Source: a virus
Taxonomy: Duplodnaviria > Heunggongvirae > Uroviricota > Caudoviricetes
DNA length: 26,517 nucleotides
Virus record (IMG/VR): IMGVR_UViG_2778261459_000001
Coordinates: 1-26,517 of that record
Direction: 5' to 3' (one strand)
The notes under the pieces are model-generated. The model saw nothing but the letters and a program-made list of their open reading frames with translations. It had not been told where the DNA came from and ran no database searches. The translations under genes and the position numbers were made by a program. Below, in pieces: positions 1-8,341 of the stretch (positions are counted from its first letter, which is position 1; each line of letters starts with the position of its first letter).

Positions 1-11
1 TGGGATATCCG

Positions 12-383
12 GTGGCTAAGATATCGTGCGAGGAAATGACAATGGATTATTCACAGTTAAGTGATTTTGAAATTAACAGAATGGTAGGAGACATAATTTT
101 TAAAGGCCTTTGGGCAAGTAAACCGGAAACATCAGGGAATAACACCAACAAATGGTATTACGGAAATGCTGATACAACTTTTGAGCCATTAAATCATTTG
201 CCTGACTACTGCAATGATCCGAGCGCTTCATGGCCGATTATTGAGAAATACAGGATTTCTATCTTAGACCAGTTAACTGAATGGTGTGTGGATGCAAAAG
301 GCGTAAGCCCAATATTTGATACCAGACCTCTCCGCGCCGCCATGATTGTCTTTCTCCTGATGCAGGAGGCCAATAATGCTTAG
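12..383 (+). CDS. nin-region hypothetical protein (tentatively DUF2591/NinX-like); probable true start at ATG 42
   Basis: Long ORF in the same orientation as rusA/Q. GAGGAA at 30-35 sits 6 nt before ATG 42 ([13 protein letters not shown]...). The frame has no stop between window position 3 and 12, so the gene could begin upstream of the window. Family assignment is from memory only. Confidence 0.5.
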   Translation: MAKISCEEMTMDYSQLSDFEINRMVGDIIFKGLWASKPETSGNNTNKWYYGNADTTFEPLNHLPDYCNDPSASWPIIEKYRISILDQLTEWCVDAKGVSPIFDTRPLRAAMIVFLLMQEANNA

Positions 384-570
384 CCCATCTCAATCCCTTC
401 AATACCTGAAAGAAAGCATAGAGCGGGCTTCAATGTGCACAGAGTGGATTCTATCTAGGTTTAGCGCATACAGAAGATTGCCGGTAAAGAGCATGCCAAG
501 CAAGTCGATGCTGCATATGCAAAAGAATGCGCGCTGGAAGGTATGGCGAGAACACAGGTTATGTGGCTAA
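376..570 (+). CDS. hypothetical small basic protein (64 aa); possibly a chimeric ORF created at a mosaic junction
   Basis: ATG 376 is preceded by AGGAGG (363-368) at 7 nt spacing and overlaps the stop of the upstream ORF (ATGCTTAG). No family recognised. Its 3' part overlaps, in another frame, the conserved ybcO-like tail. Confidence 0.3.
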   Translation: MLSPSQSLQYLKESIERASMCTEWILSRFSAYRRLPVKSMPSKSMLHMQKNARWKVWREHRLCG

Positions 571-593
571 AAGAGGGGGTTATTAAGGCGTGA
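465..593 (+). pseudogene. ybcO: ybcO-like (DUF1364) 3' remnant lacking a start codon
   Basis: Frame 0 between in-frame stops at 456-458/462-464 and TGA 591-593 translates to ...[26 protein letters not shown], which I recall as the C-terminus of DLP12 YbcO. There is no ATG/GTG/TTG start for a full-length protein. Its stop overlaps the rusA GTG start, the conserved ybcO-rusA junction. Confidence 0.4.
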
Positions 594-952
594 ATACCTA
601 CAGCATCACATTACCCTGGCCTCCGAGCAATAATCGCTATTACCGCCATAATCGCGGGCGCACGCACGTCAGCGCAGAGGGGCAGGCATACCGCGATAAC
701 GTCGCCCGAATCATTAAAAACGCAATGCTGGATATCGGCCTGGCTATGCCTGTGAAAATCCGCATTGAGTGCCACATGCCGGATCGCCGTCGCCGTGACC
801 TGGATAATCTGCAAAAAGCCGCTTTTGACGCACTCACTAAAGCAGGTTTCTGGCTGGATGATGCTCAGGTCGTTGATTACCGCGTTGTGAAGATGCCTGT
901 TACCAAAGGTGGGAGGCTGGAACTGACCATCACCGAAATGGGGAATGAATGA
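590..952 (+). CDS. rusA: Holliday junction resolvase RusA (crossover junction endodeoxyribonuclease)
   Basis: 120-aa translation [24 protein letters not shown]...[10 protein letters not shown] matches my recollection of E. coli RusA essentially throughout. GTG start overlaps the upstream stop. Confidence 0.93.
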   Translation: MNTYSITLPWPPSNNRYYRHNRGRTHVSAEGQAYRDNVARIIKNAMLDIGLAMPVKIRIECHMPDRRRRDLDNLQKAAFDALTKAGFWLDDAQVVDYRVVKMPVTKGGRLELTITEMGNE

Positions 953-1089
953 TGTTTGAGTTTAATATGGCAGAACTTCTTCGCCACCGCTGGGGGCGTC
1001 TGCGCTTATATCGTTTCCCCGGTTCTGTTTTGACCGATTACCGAATACTGAAGAATTACGCCAAAACCCTGACAGGAACAGGAGTATGA
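949..1089 (+). CDS. ylcG: small phage protein YlcG (46 aa)
   Basis: ATG 949 overlaps the rusA stop (ATGA). Translation [46 protein letters not shown] matches the DLP12 YlcG peptide from memory. Below the ORF-track size cut-off. Confidence 0.7.
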   Translation: MMFEFNMAELLRHRWGRLRLYRFPGSVLTDYRILKNYAKTLTGTGV

Positions 1090-1174
1090 AGTCAGAGATA
1101 ACAATCAACTAATACTGTTTTGTTGATTTTTGCTTGTAATTGGCGTTCTGGTCTGATTTTTGTGGAGTAAGTTG

Positions 1175-1558
1175 ATGCGTGATATTCAGATGGTTCTTGA
1201 GCGTTGGGGTGCGTGGGCGGCTAATAATCATGAAGATGTGACCTGGTCGTCCATTGCCGCCGGTTTTAAGGGATTAATTCCTTCAAAAGTAAAATCTCGC
1301 CCGCAATGTTGTGACGATGACGCGATGATCATTTGCGGGTGCATGGCCCGTCTGAAAAAGAACAACAGCGATTTACACGATTTATTAGTAGATTATTATG
1401 TATGTGGTATGACATTCATGTCACTGGCAAGTAAGCATTGCTGCTCGGATGGTTATATCGGGAAAAGGTTACAGAAGGCTGAGGGCATAATTGAAGGGAT
1501 GTTAATGGCATTAGATATCCGGTTAGATATGGATATCGTTGCTAATAATTCTAATTGA
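1175..1558 (+). CDS. quuD: late-gene antiterminator Q (QuuD type)
   Basis: Translation from ATG 1175 ([24 protein letters not shown]...[11 protein letters not shown]...) matches DLP12 QuuD from memory. Position between rusA/ylcG and the lysis genes is canonical for Q. The track's 1160 start is a TTG extension. Confidence 0.9.
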   Translation: MRDIQMVLERWGAWAANNHEDVTWSSIAAGFKGLIPSKVKSRPQCCDDDAMIICGCMARLKKNNSDLHDLLVDYYVCGMTFMSLASKHCCSDGYIGKRLQKAEGIIEGMLMALDIRLDMDIVANNSN

Positions 1559-1590
1559 TATGCAATTGTTTACTAAAAGTTATTAAAAAT

Positions 1591-1608
1591 GGGGCGTGGA
1601 AACGCCCC
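1591..1608 (-). terminator. hairpin GGGGCGT-GGAA-ACGCCCC with T-run on the minus strand (candidate nmpC terminator)
   Basis: 7-bp GC stem; on the minus strand it is followed by ATTTTTAATA. Lies downstream of the nmpC stop. Confidence 0.35.
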
Positions 1609-1695
1609 CAAAATAAAGGGTAATATATAACAGAAGGTTTATATAGTAAGAAGCAAGGTAGTGCTTCTAAAGGAAGTGGCTTGAGGGCTCCACTT

Positions 1696-1736
1696 ATATG
1701 TTGCGGAGGCAAAGCCTCCCGCAACATATCTTTTTC
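1696..1736 (+). terminator. strong rho-independent terminator (15-bp perfect stem, AAA loop, CTTTTTCG tail)
   Basis: ATATGTTGCGGAGGC-AAA-GCCTCCGCAACATAT followed by CTTTTT on the plus strand. About 140-180 nt downstream of the Q stop, so a tR'-like or early-right terminator; also abuts the nmpC stop. Confidence 0.55.
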
Positions 1737-1746
1737 GTAAGTCAGA

Positions 1747-2829
1747 TTAGAACTGATAAACCAGACCTACAGCGACGATGTCGTCGGTATCAATACCAGC
1801 TGTTTTGGTAAACTTACTATCGTCAATTAAGTTGATTTTGTAATCAACAAAAGTAGACATGTTTTTATTAAAGTAGTAAGTAGCACCGACATCGACATAC
1901 TTGACTAAGTCTCGGTCACCATGAACACCAAGGTCTTTACCTTTTGACTGAAGGTAAGCAACAGATGGGCGCAGACCGAAGTCAAACTGATATTGTGCTA
2001 CTGCTTCAAAGTTTTGTGCTTTGTTTGCAATATGGTTATTACCAAAAACGGTCATATTCTGAGTTTCAGAATATGTGGTAGCCAGATAGATATTGTTCGC
2101 ATCATATTTCAGGCCTGCAGCCCATACTTCCGCATTTTTGCCGGAGGCATTGAATTTGCTCTTACCATAGGCGACCTGACCGTCAGTGCGATCTGATTTA
2201 GCATAGGTTGCACCCACGCCGAATCCTTCATACTCATAAGTAGTGGAGAAACCGAAACCATCACCATTGGCTTCAGTTACGTCAGTGCGGTCATTTTTAC
2301 CCTGATACTGAGCAGCAAAGTTCAGGCCATCGACCAGACCAAAGAAGTCGTTGTTACGATAAGTTGCAACACCAGTAGTGCGACCAGTCATGAACACATC
2401 TGTTTGGGTCCAGGTATCACCACCGAATTCTGGCAGAACGTCAGTCCACGCACCGATGTCGTATGCTACACCGTAGTTACGGCCGTAATCGATGGAGCCG
2501 TAATCACCAAATTTCAGGCCTGCAAATGCAAGACGGGTTTTGTCTTTGGAAGAACCTTGAGATTCAGCACGGTTGCCTTTGAATTCATATTCCCACTGAC
2601 CGAAACCAGTCAGTTGATCGTTGATTTGGGTTTCACCTTTGAAGCCAAGACGGGCATAAGTAGTATCACCATCATCTGCATCATTAGAGGAGAAGTAGTG
2701 CTTGGCATTAACTTTCCCGTATAGATCCAGCTTGTTACTGTCTTTATTATAAATTTCAGCTGCCTGAGCAGACATCGCCATCAGTACTGATGCAGCTACA
2801 GCAGAAATTGCCACTGTTAATTTTTTCAT
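1747..2829 (-). CDS. nmpC: outer membrane porin, OmpC/OmpD family (NmpC / phage Lc-type), apparently intact
   Basis: Translation from ATG 2829: signal peptide [23 protein letters not shown], then mature [16 protein letters not shown]... ending ...VAVGLVYQF (C-terminal Phe typical of 16-strand porins). The track ORF 1747..2889 includes a 20-codon upstream extension. Confidence 0.9.
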   Translation of the reverse strand: MKKLTVAISAVAASVLMAMSAQAAEIYNKDSNKLDLYGKVNAKHYFSSNDADDGDTTYARLGFKGETQINDQLTGFGQWEYEFKGNRAESQGSSKDKTRLAFAGLKFGDYGSIDYGRNYGVAYDIGAWTDVLPEFGGDTWTQTDVFMTGRTTGVATYRNNDFFGLVDGLNFAAQYQGKNDRTDVTEANGDGFGFSTTYEYEGFGVGATYAKSDRTDGQVAYGKSKFNASGKNAEVWAAGLKYDANNIYLATTYSETQNMTVFGNNHIANKAQNFEAVAQYQFDFGLRPSVAYLQSKGKDLGVHGDRDLVKYVDVGATYYFNKNMSTFVDYKINLIDDSKFTKTAGIDTDDIVAVGLVYQF

Positions 2830-3255
2830 TGTACGCCCTTTTTTTGAACTATTATTAAAAAATGATGTCACTGCGCGATAAATATTCATCTAATCAATGT
2901 GATTATTTCAAGATGTAAGTTTTAGTTTCTCATTTAATTTGTGAAGTAGATCTCTATTTTTATCTGAACCTTTTCTATCTAATCCTATTCATGGCTCTTG
3001 TCTGAACAAAAATAAATCTATTAGCTAATTTATATTAATGGCACTTATTTATAAGTGCTCTATAATTCTTTAGCTTAATTTGAACAAACTAAAAATAACA
3101 TCAGAAATTATTAACTGGTTATTTGTTGAAGTTTTCTTATGCATTTGTGGTGGTGTTTTGAACACTCGGTGGCATTCTCACAAATATCATTTAGTAGTTT
3201 ACGTACGTAAAAAATTGGTTATGCTGTTAAGAGTGGTTACTTCGTCACACAGCTT

Positions 3256-3289
3256 AAACCCGCCGTCGAGCGGGTTTTTCCATTTTTTG
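3256..3289 (+). terminator. hairpin AAACCCGC-CGTCGA-GCGGGTTT plus T-run, about 130 nt upstream of the holin gene (candidate tR'-like late terminator)
   Basis: GC-rich stem followed by TTTTCCATTTTTT on the plus strand, inside the AT-rich nmpC-essD intergenic region. Confidence 0.4.
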
Positions 3290-3417
3290 AGTCTCGATAT
3301 TAGCTGATAACTCAATACCTGAGTTATTCACTGACTCCAAATCTGTTACGTTTCTGCCTTTATTGCGATACGTAGTATCCCCTTAATTTACACCCGCTTT
3401 GTCTGCGAGGTGGGGTT

Positions 3418-3633
3418 ATGAAATCCATGGATAAGTTAACAACGGGTGTCGCCTATGGTACCTCAGCAGGTAGTGCCGGGTACTGGTTTTTACAGTTGCT
3501 CGATAAAGTCACGCCCTCACAGTGGGCGGCAATAGGTGTGCTGGGTAGCCTGGTATTTGGCCTGCTGACGTACCTGACAAACCTTTATTTCAAGATTAAA
3601 GAAGATAAGCGCAAGGCTGCGAGAGGTGAATAA
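3418..3633 (+). CDS. essD: class II holin / pinholin (phage 21 S-type)
   Basis: 71 aa, [31 protein letters not shown]...[32 protein letters not shown]: two hydrophobic segments and a charged C-terminus; resembles the S21 pinholin / DLP12 EssD from memory. SD GAGGTGGGG precedes the start. Confidence 0.9.
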
Positions 3634-4130
3634 TGCCTCCATCATTACGAAAAGCCGTTGCTGCTGCTATTGGTGGCGGAGCAATTGCTATAGCATCAGT
3701 GTTAATCACTGGCCCAAGTGGTAACGATGGTCTGGAAGGTGTCAGCTACATACCATACAAAGATATTGTTGGTGTATGGACTGTATGTCACGGGCATACA
3801 GGAAAAGACATCATGCTCGGTAAAACGTATACCAAAGCAGAATGCAAAGCACTCTTGAATAAAGACCTTGCCACTGTCGCCAGACAAATTAACCCGTACA
3901 TCACAGTCGATATACCGGAAACAACGCGCGGCGCTCTTTACTCGTTCGTCTACAACGTGGGTGCTGGCAATTTCAGAACATCGACGCTTCTTCGCAAAAT
4001 AAACCAGGGTGATATTAAAGGCGCATGTGATCAGCTACGGCGCTGGACATACGCTGGCGGTAATCAATGGAAAGGACTGATGACTCGCCGTGAGATTGAG
4101 CGTGAAGTCTGTTTGTGGGGGAAACAATGA
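3633..4130 (+). CDS. rrrD: SAR (signal-arrest-release) endolysin, lysozyme family
   Basis: 165 aa. N-terminal Gly/Ala-rich weakly hydrophobic segment ([20 protein letters not shown]) typical of SAR domains, followed by a lysozyme-like core. Start overlaps the holin stop. Confidence 0.9.
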   Translation: MPPSLRKAVAAAIGGGAIAIASVLITGPSGNDGLEGVSYIPYKDIVGVWTVCHGHTGKDIMLGKTYTKAECKALLNKDLATVARQINPYITVDIPETTRGALYSFVYNVGAGNFRTSTLLRKINQGDIKGACDQLRRWTYAGGNQWKGLMTRREIEREVCLWGKQ

Positions 4131-4588
4131 GCAGAGTAACCGCGATTATCTCCGCTCTGGTTATCTGCATCATCGTCTGCCTGTCATTGGCTGTTAATCA
4201 TTACCGCGATAACGCCATTACCTACAAAGCCCAGCGCGACAAAAATGCCAGAGAACTGAAGCTGGCGAACTCGACAATTACTGACATGCAGATGCGTCAG
4301 CGTGATGTTGCTGCGCTCGATGCAAAATACACGAAGGAGTTAGCTGATGCGAAAGCTGAAAATGATGCTCTGCGTGATGATGTTGCCGCTGGTCGTCGTC
4401 GGTTGCACATCAAAGCAGTCTGTCAGTCAGTGCGTGAAGCCACCACCGCCTCCGGCGTGGATAATGCAGCCTCCCCCCGACTGGCAGACACCGCTGAACG
4501 GGATTATTTCACCCTCAGAGAGAGGCTGATCACTATGCAAAAACAACTGGAAGGAACCCAGAAGTATATTAATGAGCAGTGCAGATAG
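4127..4588 (+). CDS. rzpD: i-spanin Rz (inner membrane spanin subunit)
   Basis: ATG 4127 overlaps the endolysin stop (ATGA). N-terminal TM segment ([20 protein letters not shown]), then a charged coiled-coil-like periplasmic domain. Confidence 0.85.
   Translation: MSRVTAIISALVICIIVCLSLAVNHYRDNAITYKAQRDKNARELKLANSTITDMQMRQRDVAALDAKYTKELADAKAENDALRDDVAAGRRRLHIKAVCQSVREATTASGVDNAASPRLADTAERDYFTLRERLITMQKQLEGTQKYINEQCR
4347..4529 (+). CDS. rzoD: o-spanin Rz1 lipoprotein, embedded in the +1 frame of Rz
   Basis: 60 aa, [24 protein letters not shown]...[15 protein letters not shown]...: lipobox VVGC and a proline-rich mature part, entirely inside the Rz gene in another frame. Confidence 0.85.
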   Translation: MRKLKMMLCVMMLPLVVVGCTSKQSVSQCVKPPPPPAWIMQPPPDWQTPLNGIISPSERG

Positions 4589-4619
4589 CGCTGCCCATAT
4601 CGATGGGCAACTCATGCAA

Positions 4620-4913
4620 TTATTGTGAGCAATACACCCGCGCTTCCAGCGGAGTATAAATGCCTAAAGTAATAAAACCGAGCAATCCATTTACGAATGT
4701 TTGCTGGGTTTCTGTTTTAACCACATTTTCTGCGCCGCCACAAATTTTGGCTGCATCAACAGTTTTCTCCTGTCCAATTCCCGAAACGAAGAAATGATGG
4801 GTGATGGTTTCCTTTGGTGTTACTGCTGTCGGTTTGTTTCCAACAGTAAACGTCTGTTGAGCACATCCTGTAATAAGCATTGCCAGAGCGGCAGAAAACA
4901 ACATTTTTTTCAT
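4620..4913 (-). CDS. borD: Bor lipoprotein (serum-resistance lysogenic conversion protein)
   Basis: 97 aa from ATG 4913: MKKMLFSAALAMLITGCAQQTF... (lipobox LITGC). Opposite strand to the late operon, as in lambda. Track ORF 4620..4961 includes an unlikely upstream extension. Confidence 0.9.
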   Translation of the reverse strand: MKKMLFSAALAMLITGCAQQTFTVGNKPTAVTPKETITHHFFVSGIGQEKTVDAAKICGGAENVVKTETQQTFVNGLLGFITLGIYTPLEARVYCSQ

Positions 4914-5093
4914 CTTATTATCCTGCATTGTTAAAAACGGCAGAATCCTATGTGACAACAATTAAACGATAGTTAAATGGATTGATGAAAATTAAAACTA
5001 TATAGGTGTACGGTCAGACTATTGGAGGTAGTCAGGATTTGAATGTCAGTCTGTTGTCGGCATTCTGGCAATGCAATTTGGATAAAGCGGGGA

Positions 5094-5216
5094 TTAAAAA
5101 GATAGAGGCGAGCCGGTCAGGTAGAAATGAATCAGGCTCAAAGTGAAGCGGAAAAGGTCTGTGGTACAAGCTGATGCAGCCATAATTACAGCCTGATGAT
5201 TTGTGGAATGAAACAT
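5094..5216 (-). CDS. hypothetical 40-aa peptide with canonical Shine-Dalgarno (MFHSTNHQAVIMAASACTTDLFRFTLSLIHFYLTGSPLSF)
   Basis: Minus-strand ATG 5216..5214 is preceded by AGGAGG (plus-strand CCTCCT 5223-5228) at 6 nt spacing; stop at 5096..5094. Below the track cut-off. No homology recognised. Confidence 0.3.
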   Translation of the reverse strand: MFHSTNHQAVIMAASACTTDLFRFTLSLIHFYLTGSPLSF

Positions 5217-5438
5217 GTTGAACCTCCTTAATTGATGTTATTCGAGTGATGAAGGCATTCTGTCCTTCTATAGTGTCCAGTAAATCAAACAGGAAACTTG
5301 TCCAACGTGTTGGACAAGCCTCTCCATTAGTGAGTTGTATTGATCACAACTCTACAAAGAATTCATTACTGGGTAGATGAAAATAGTTTCACGATGAATG
5401 GAGGAGGCTATGTCGGTGGCTTCTTCATTGGAGTACAT

Positions 5439-5789
5439 ATGCCATCACGAATCCCAAAAGCCTGCCGTGTTCGTGGCTGCCGCCATACCACCACAGACCC
5501 GTCAGGCTATTGTGAAAGCCACAAAAGCGAAGGCTGGAAGCAATACAAGCCAGGACAATCCCGTCATCAGCGCGGTTATGGTTCGAAGTGGGATGTTATC
5601 CGCGTGCGTGTGTTGAAGCGTGACAAAGGCCTGTGTCAGTTATGTCTGCGTGCTGGTGTGGTGCGTGAGGCGAAAACCGTTGACCACATCATCCCTAAAG
5701 CGCATGGCGGCACTGATGCCGACTGTAATCTGCAGAGTCTGTGCTGGCCGTGTCATAAGGCGAAGACGGCCCGTGAACGACTTAAGTGA
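5439..5789 (+). CDS. HNH endonuclease (packaging-associated, HK97 gp74-like position)
   Basis: GGAG 7 nt upstream of ATG 5439. Translation contains CxxC...CxxC and H-N-H elements (CQLCLRAG...VDHIIPKAHGG...NLQSLCWPCH). Sits immediately upstream of the terminase small subunit. Confidence 0.85.
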   Translation: MPSRIPKACRVRGCRHTTTDPSGYCESHKSEGWKQYKPGQSRHQRGYGSKWDVIRVRVLKRDKGLCQLCLRAGVVREAKTVDHIIPKAHGGTDADCNLQSLCWPCHKAKTARERLK

Positions 5790-5815
5790 TAATAATTCTC
5801 AACTGTCTGAGGGGA

Positions 5816-5877
5816 GGGGCGGGTCAAATCTCTGTGACCTGACGTCTTCCGGACTGCCCGCCCCATCGTTTTTTTAT
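5816..5877 (+). terminator. GGGGCGGG...CCCGCCCC stem with a 33-nt loop followed by T7 run; terminator-like, or part of a cos region
   Basis: 8-bp GC stem (5816-5823 / 5857-5864), then ATCGTTTTTTTAT, between the HNH and terS genes. Confidence 0.3.
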
Positions 5878-5914
5878 ACCCGCGAAAAATGAAATTTAAC
5901 CAGGAGTGCCGCAT

Positions 5915-6400
5915 ATGGCTGGAACGGCGGGGCGTTCCGGGCGTCGCCCCAAGCCAACGGCGCGCAAGGCGCTGGCCGGAAACCCCGGCAAGCGAGCCCT
6001 GAACAAAGATGAACCTGTTTTTACGCCCATCAAAGGTGTTGAGCCACCGGAGTGGTTCGCTGAAGAAGATCTCCCTCTCGCCACGATCATGTGGCAACTG
6101 ACAACCAAAGAACTCTGCGGTCAGGGCCTGCTGTGCGTGACTGACCTGGCGGTACTTGAGCGGTGGTGTGTGGCCTATGAATTCTGGCGACGTGCCGTGA
6201 AAAATATTGCCAGACAGGGCAACACCATCACCGGTGCAATGGGCGGCATGGTCAAAAATCCGGAGCTGACCGCCAAAAAAGAACAGGAGTCCGAGATGAG
6301 CAGCACGGGGGCAATGCTCGGACTCGACCCCAGCAGCCGCCAGCGTCTGATTGGCCTGGCGGGGAAGAAGAAAGCCACTAACCCGTTTCTGACAATCTGA
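5915..6400 (+). CDS. terminase small subunit (P27-family-like)
   Basis: SD CAGGAG 8 nt before ATG 5915. N-terminal motif [29 protein letters not shown] is characteristic of this small-subunit family. Immediately upstream of the large subunit. Confidence 0.85.
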   Translation: MAGTAGRSGRRPKPTARKALAGNPGKRALNKDEPVFTPIKGVEPPEWFAEEDLPLATIMWQLTTKELCGQGLLCVTDLAVLERWCVAYEFWRRAVKNIARQGNTITGAMGGMVKNPELTAKKEQESEMSSTGAMLGLDPSSRQRLIGLAGKKKATNPFLTI

Positions 6401-6413
6401 AAATCATCGAATC

Positions 6414-8147
6414 ATGAGCCGGAAATCTTACCCCAACGTAAATGCAGCCAATCAGTATGCCCGTGATGTCGTGCGCGGAAAGATTGTGGCCTGCCAGTTT
6501 GTGATTCAGGCCTGCCAGCGCCATCTTGATGACCTGATGGCGGAAAAAAGTAAGTCGTTTCGTTACCGCTTCGACAAGGACCTGGCTGAACGGGCCGCCA
6601 AATTTATTCAGCTGTTGCCGCATACCAAGGGTGAGTGGGCATTCAAACGGATGCCCATCACGCTGGAGCCGTGGCAGCTCTTTGTGATCTGCTGTGCGTT
6701 TGGCTGGGTCAATAAAGGTACCCGGCTGCGCCGCTTCCGGGAGGTGTATACCGAAATCCCCCGTAAGAACGGCAAATCGGCAATCTCTGCCGGTGTCGCC
6801 CTGTATTGTTTTGCCTGTGATAACGAGTTTGGCGCGGAAGTGTATTCCGGTGCCACGACAGAGAAACAGGCGTGGGAAGTCTTTCGCCCGGCGCGACTGA
6901 TGTGTAAACGCACACCCATGCTGACGGAAGCGTTCGGGATTGAGGTTAACGCCTCAAACATGAACCGTCCGGAGGATGGCGCGCGGTTTGAACCGCTGAT
7001 CGGTAACCCCGGTGATGGATCATCACCCCACTGTGCGGTGGTGGATGAATATCACGAGCACGCCACCGATGCGCTTTACACCACGATGCTTACCGGGATG
7101 GGGGCGCGACGTCAGCCACTGATGTGGGCCATTACTACTGCCGGGTACAACATTGAGGGGCCGTGCTACGACAAGCGGCGGGAAGTCATCGAGATGCTCA
7201 ACGGCTCGGTGCCTAACGATGAACTGTTCGGGATCATCTATACCGTTGATGAAGGTGACGACTGGACCGACCCGCAGGTGCTGGAAAAAGCCAATCCAAA
7301 TATTGGCGTGTCGGTTTATCGCGAATTTTTGTTAAGTCAGCAGCAGCGTGCGAAAAATAACGCCCGTCTGGCAAACGTCTTTAAAACAAAACACCTCAAT
7401 ATCTGGGTGTCGGCGCGTTCGGCGTATTTCAACCTGGTGAGCTGGCAGAGCTGCGAGGATAAATCACTGACCCTTGAGCAGTTCGAGGGGCAGCCGTGCA
7501 TTCTGGCCTTTGATCTGGCGCGTAAGCTGGATATGAACAGCATGGCGCGACTTTATACCCGCGAGATTGACGGTAAAACGCATTACTACAGTGTGGCCCC
7601 GCGCTTCTGGGTACCGTATGACACGGTGTACAGCGTCGAGAAAAATGAAGATAGACGGACAGCCGAACGCTTTCAGAAATGGGTGGAAATGGGCGTCCTG
7701 ACCGTTACCGATGGTGCAGAGGTGGATTATCGCTACATCCTCGAGGAGGCCAAAGCAGCGAACAAAATCAGCCCGGTCAGTGAGTCACCCATCGACCCCT
7801 TCGGGGCGACCGGGTTGTCACATGACCTTGCTGATGAAGACCTGAACCCCATCACTATCATTCAGAACTACACCAACATGTCCGACCCGATGAAAGAGCT
7901 GGAAGCGGCAATTGAATCGGGGCGCTTTCATCATGATGGCAATCCCATCATGACCTGGTGTATCGGCAACGTGGTCGGCAAAACCATTCCGGGTAACGAT
8001 GATGTGGTGAAGCCCGTCAAAGAGCAGGCGGAAAACAAAATCGATGGTGCAGTTGCGCTGATTATGGCGGTTGGCAGAGCCATGCTGTACGAGAAAGAAG
8101 ACACGTTGTCTGACCACATTGAGTCCTATGGGATCCGCTCGCTTTAA
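6414..8147 (+). CDS. terminase large subunit
   Basis: 577-aa ORF following terS; size, position and overall character match large terminase of HK97-like phages. Confidence 0.9.
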
Positions 8148-8158
8148 CTGAGGTAATT

Positions 8159-8341
8159 ATGATCATGCTGATTCTCGCGCCTCTGGTGGGCGTGCTGGGG
8201 GCGCTTTTGCTGGCGTATGGTGCCTGGCTGATTTATCCCCCGGCGGGGTTTGTTGTTGCCGGGGCGTTGTGTCTGTTCTGGTCGTGGCTGGTGGCGCGAT
8301 ATCTCGACCGTACACAGTCGTCTGTCGGCGGAGGTAAATAG
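8159..8341 (+). CDS. small membrane protein (60 aa, two predicted TM helices) between terminase and portal
   Basis: SD GAGGT before ATG 8159. Translation [49 protein letters not shown]... is almost entirely hydrophobic; stop overlaps the portal GTG start. Confidence 0.5.

Noticed and set aside
1555-1600. Assigning a specific pR'-like late promoter immediately after Q
   Set aside because: TTGATA at 1555-1560 lacks a convincing -10 hexamer at 16-18 bp spacing; candidate -10 elements exist but none pairs well, so no promoter feature was called.
3080-3307. 75-aa plus-strand ORF in the nmpC-holin intergenic region
   Set aside because: AT-rich low-complexity sequence with no SD; it spans a terminator hairpin (3256-3289) and is more plausibly promoter/leader sequence.
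1559-5340. Search for tRNA genes in the Q-to-lysis and lysis-to-terminase intergenic regions
   Set aside because: Lambdoid phages often carry tRNAs here, but I found no cloverleaf-compatible segment or conserved T-loop sequence by eye; tRNAscan-SE would be needed to be sure.
5340-5892. Track ORFs 5340..5789 (long N-terminal extension), 5398..5616 and 5620..5892
   Set aside because: The HNH domain begins at ATG 5439, which has a GGAG SD; the upstream extension and the two alternative-frame ORFs overlap the HNH gene and have no support.
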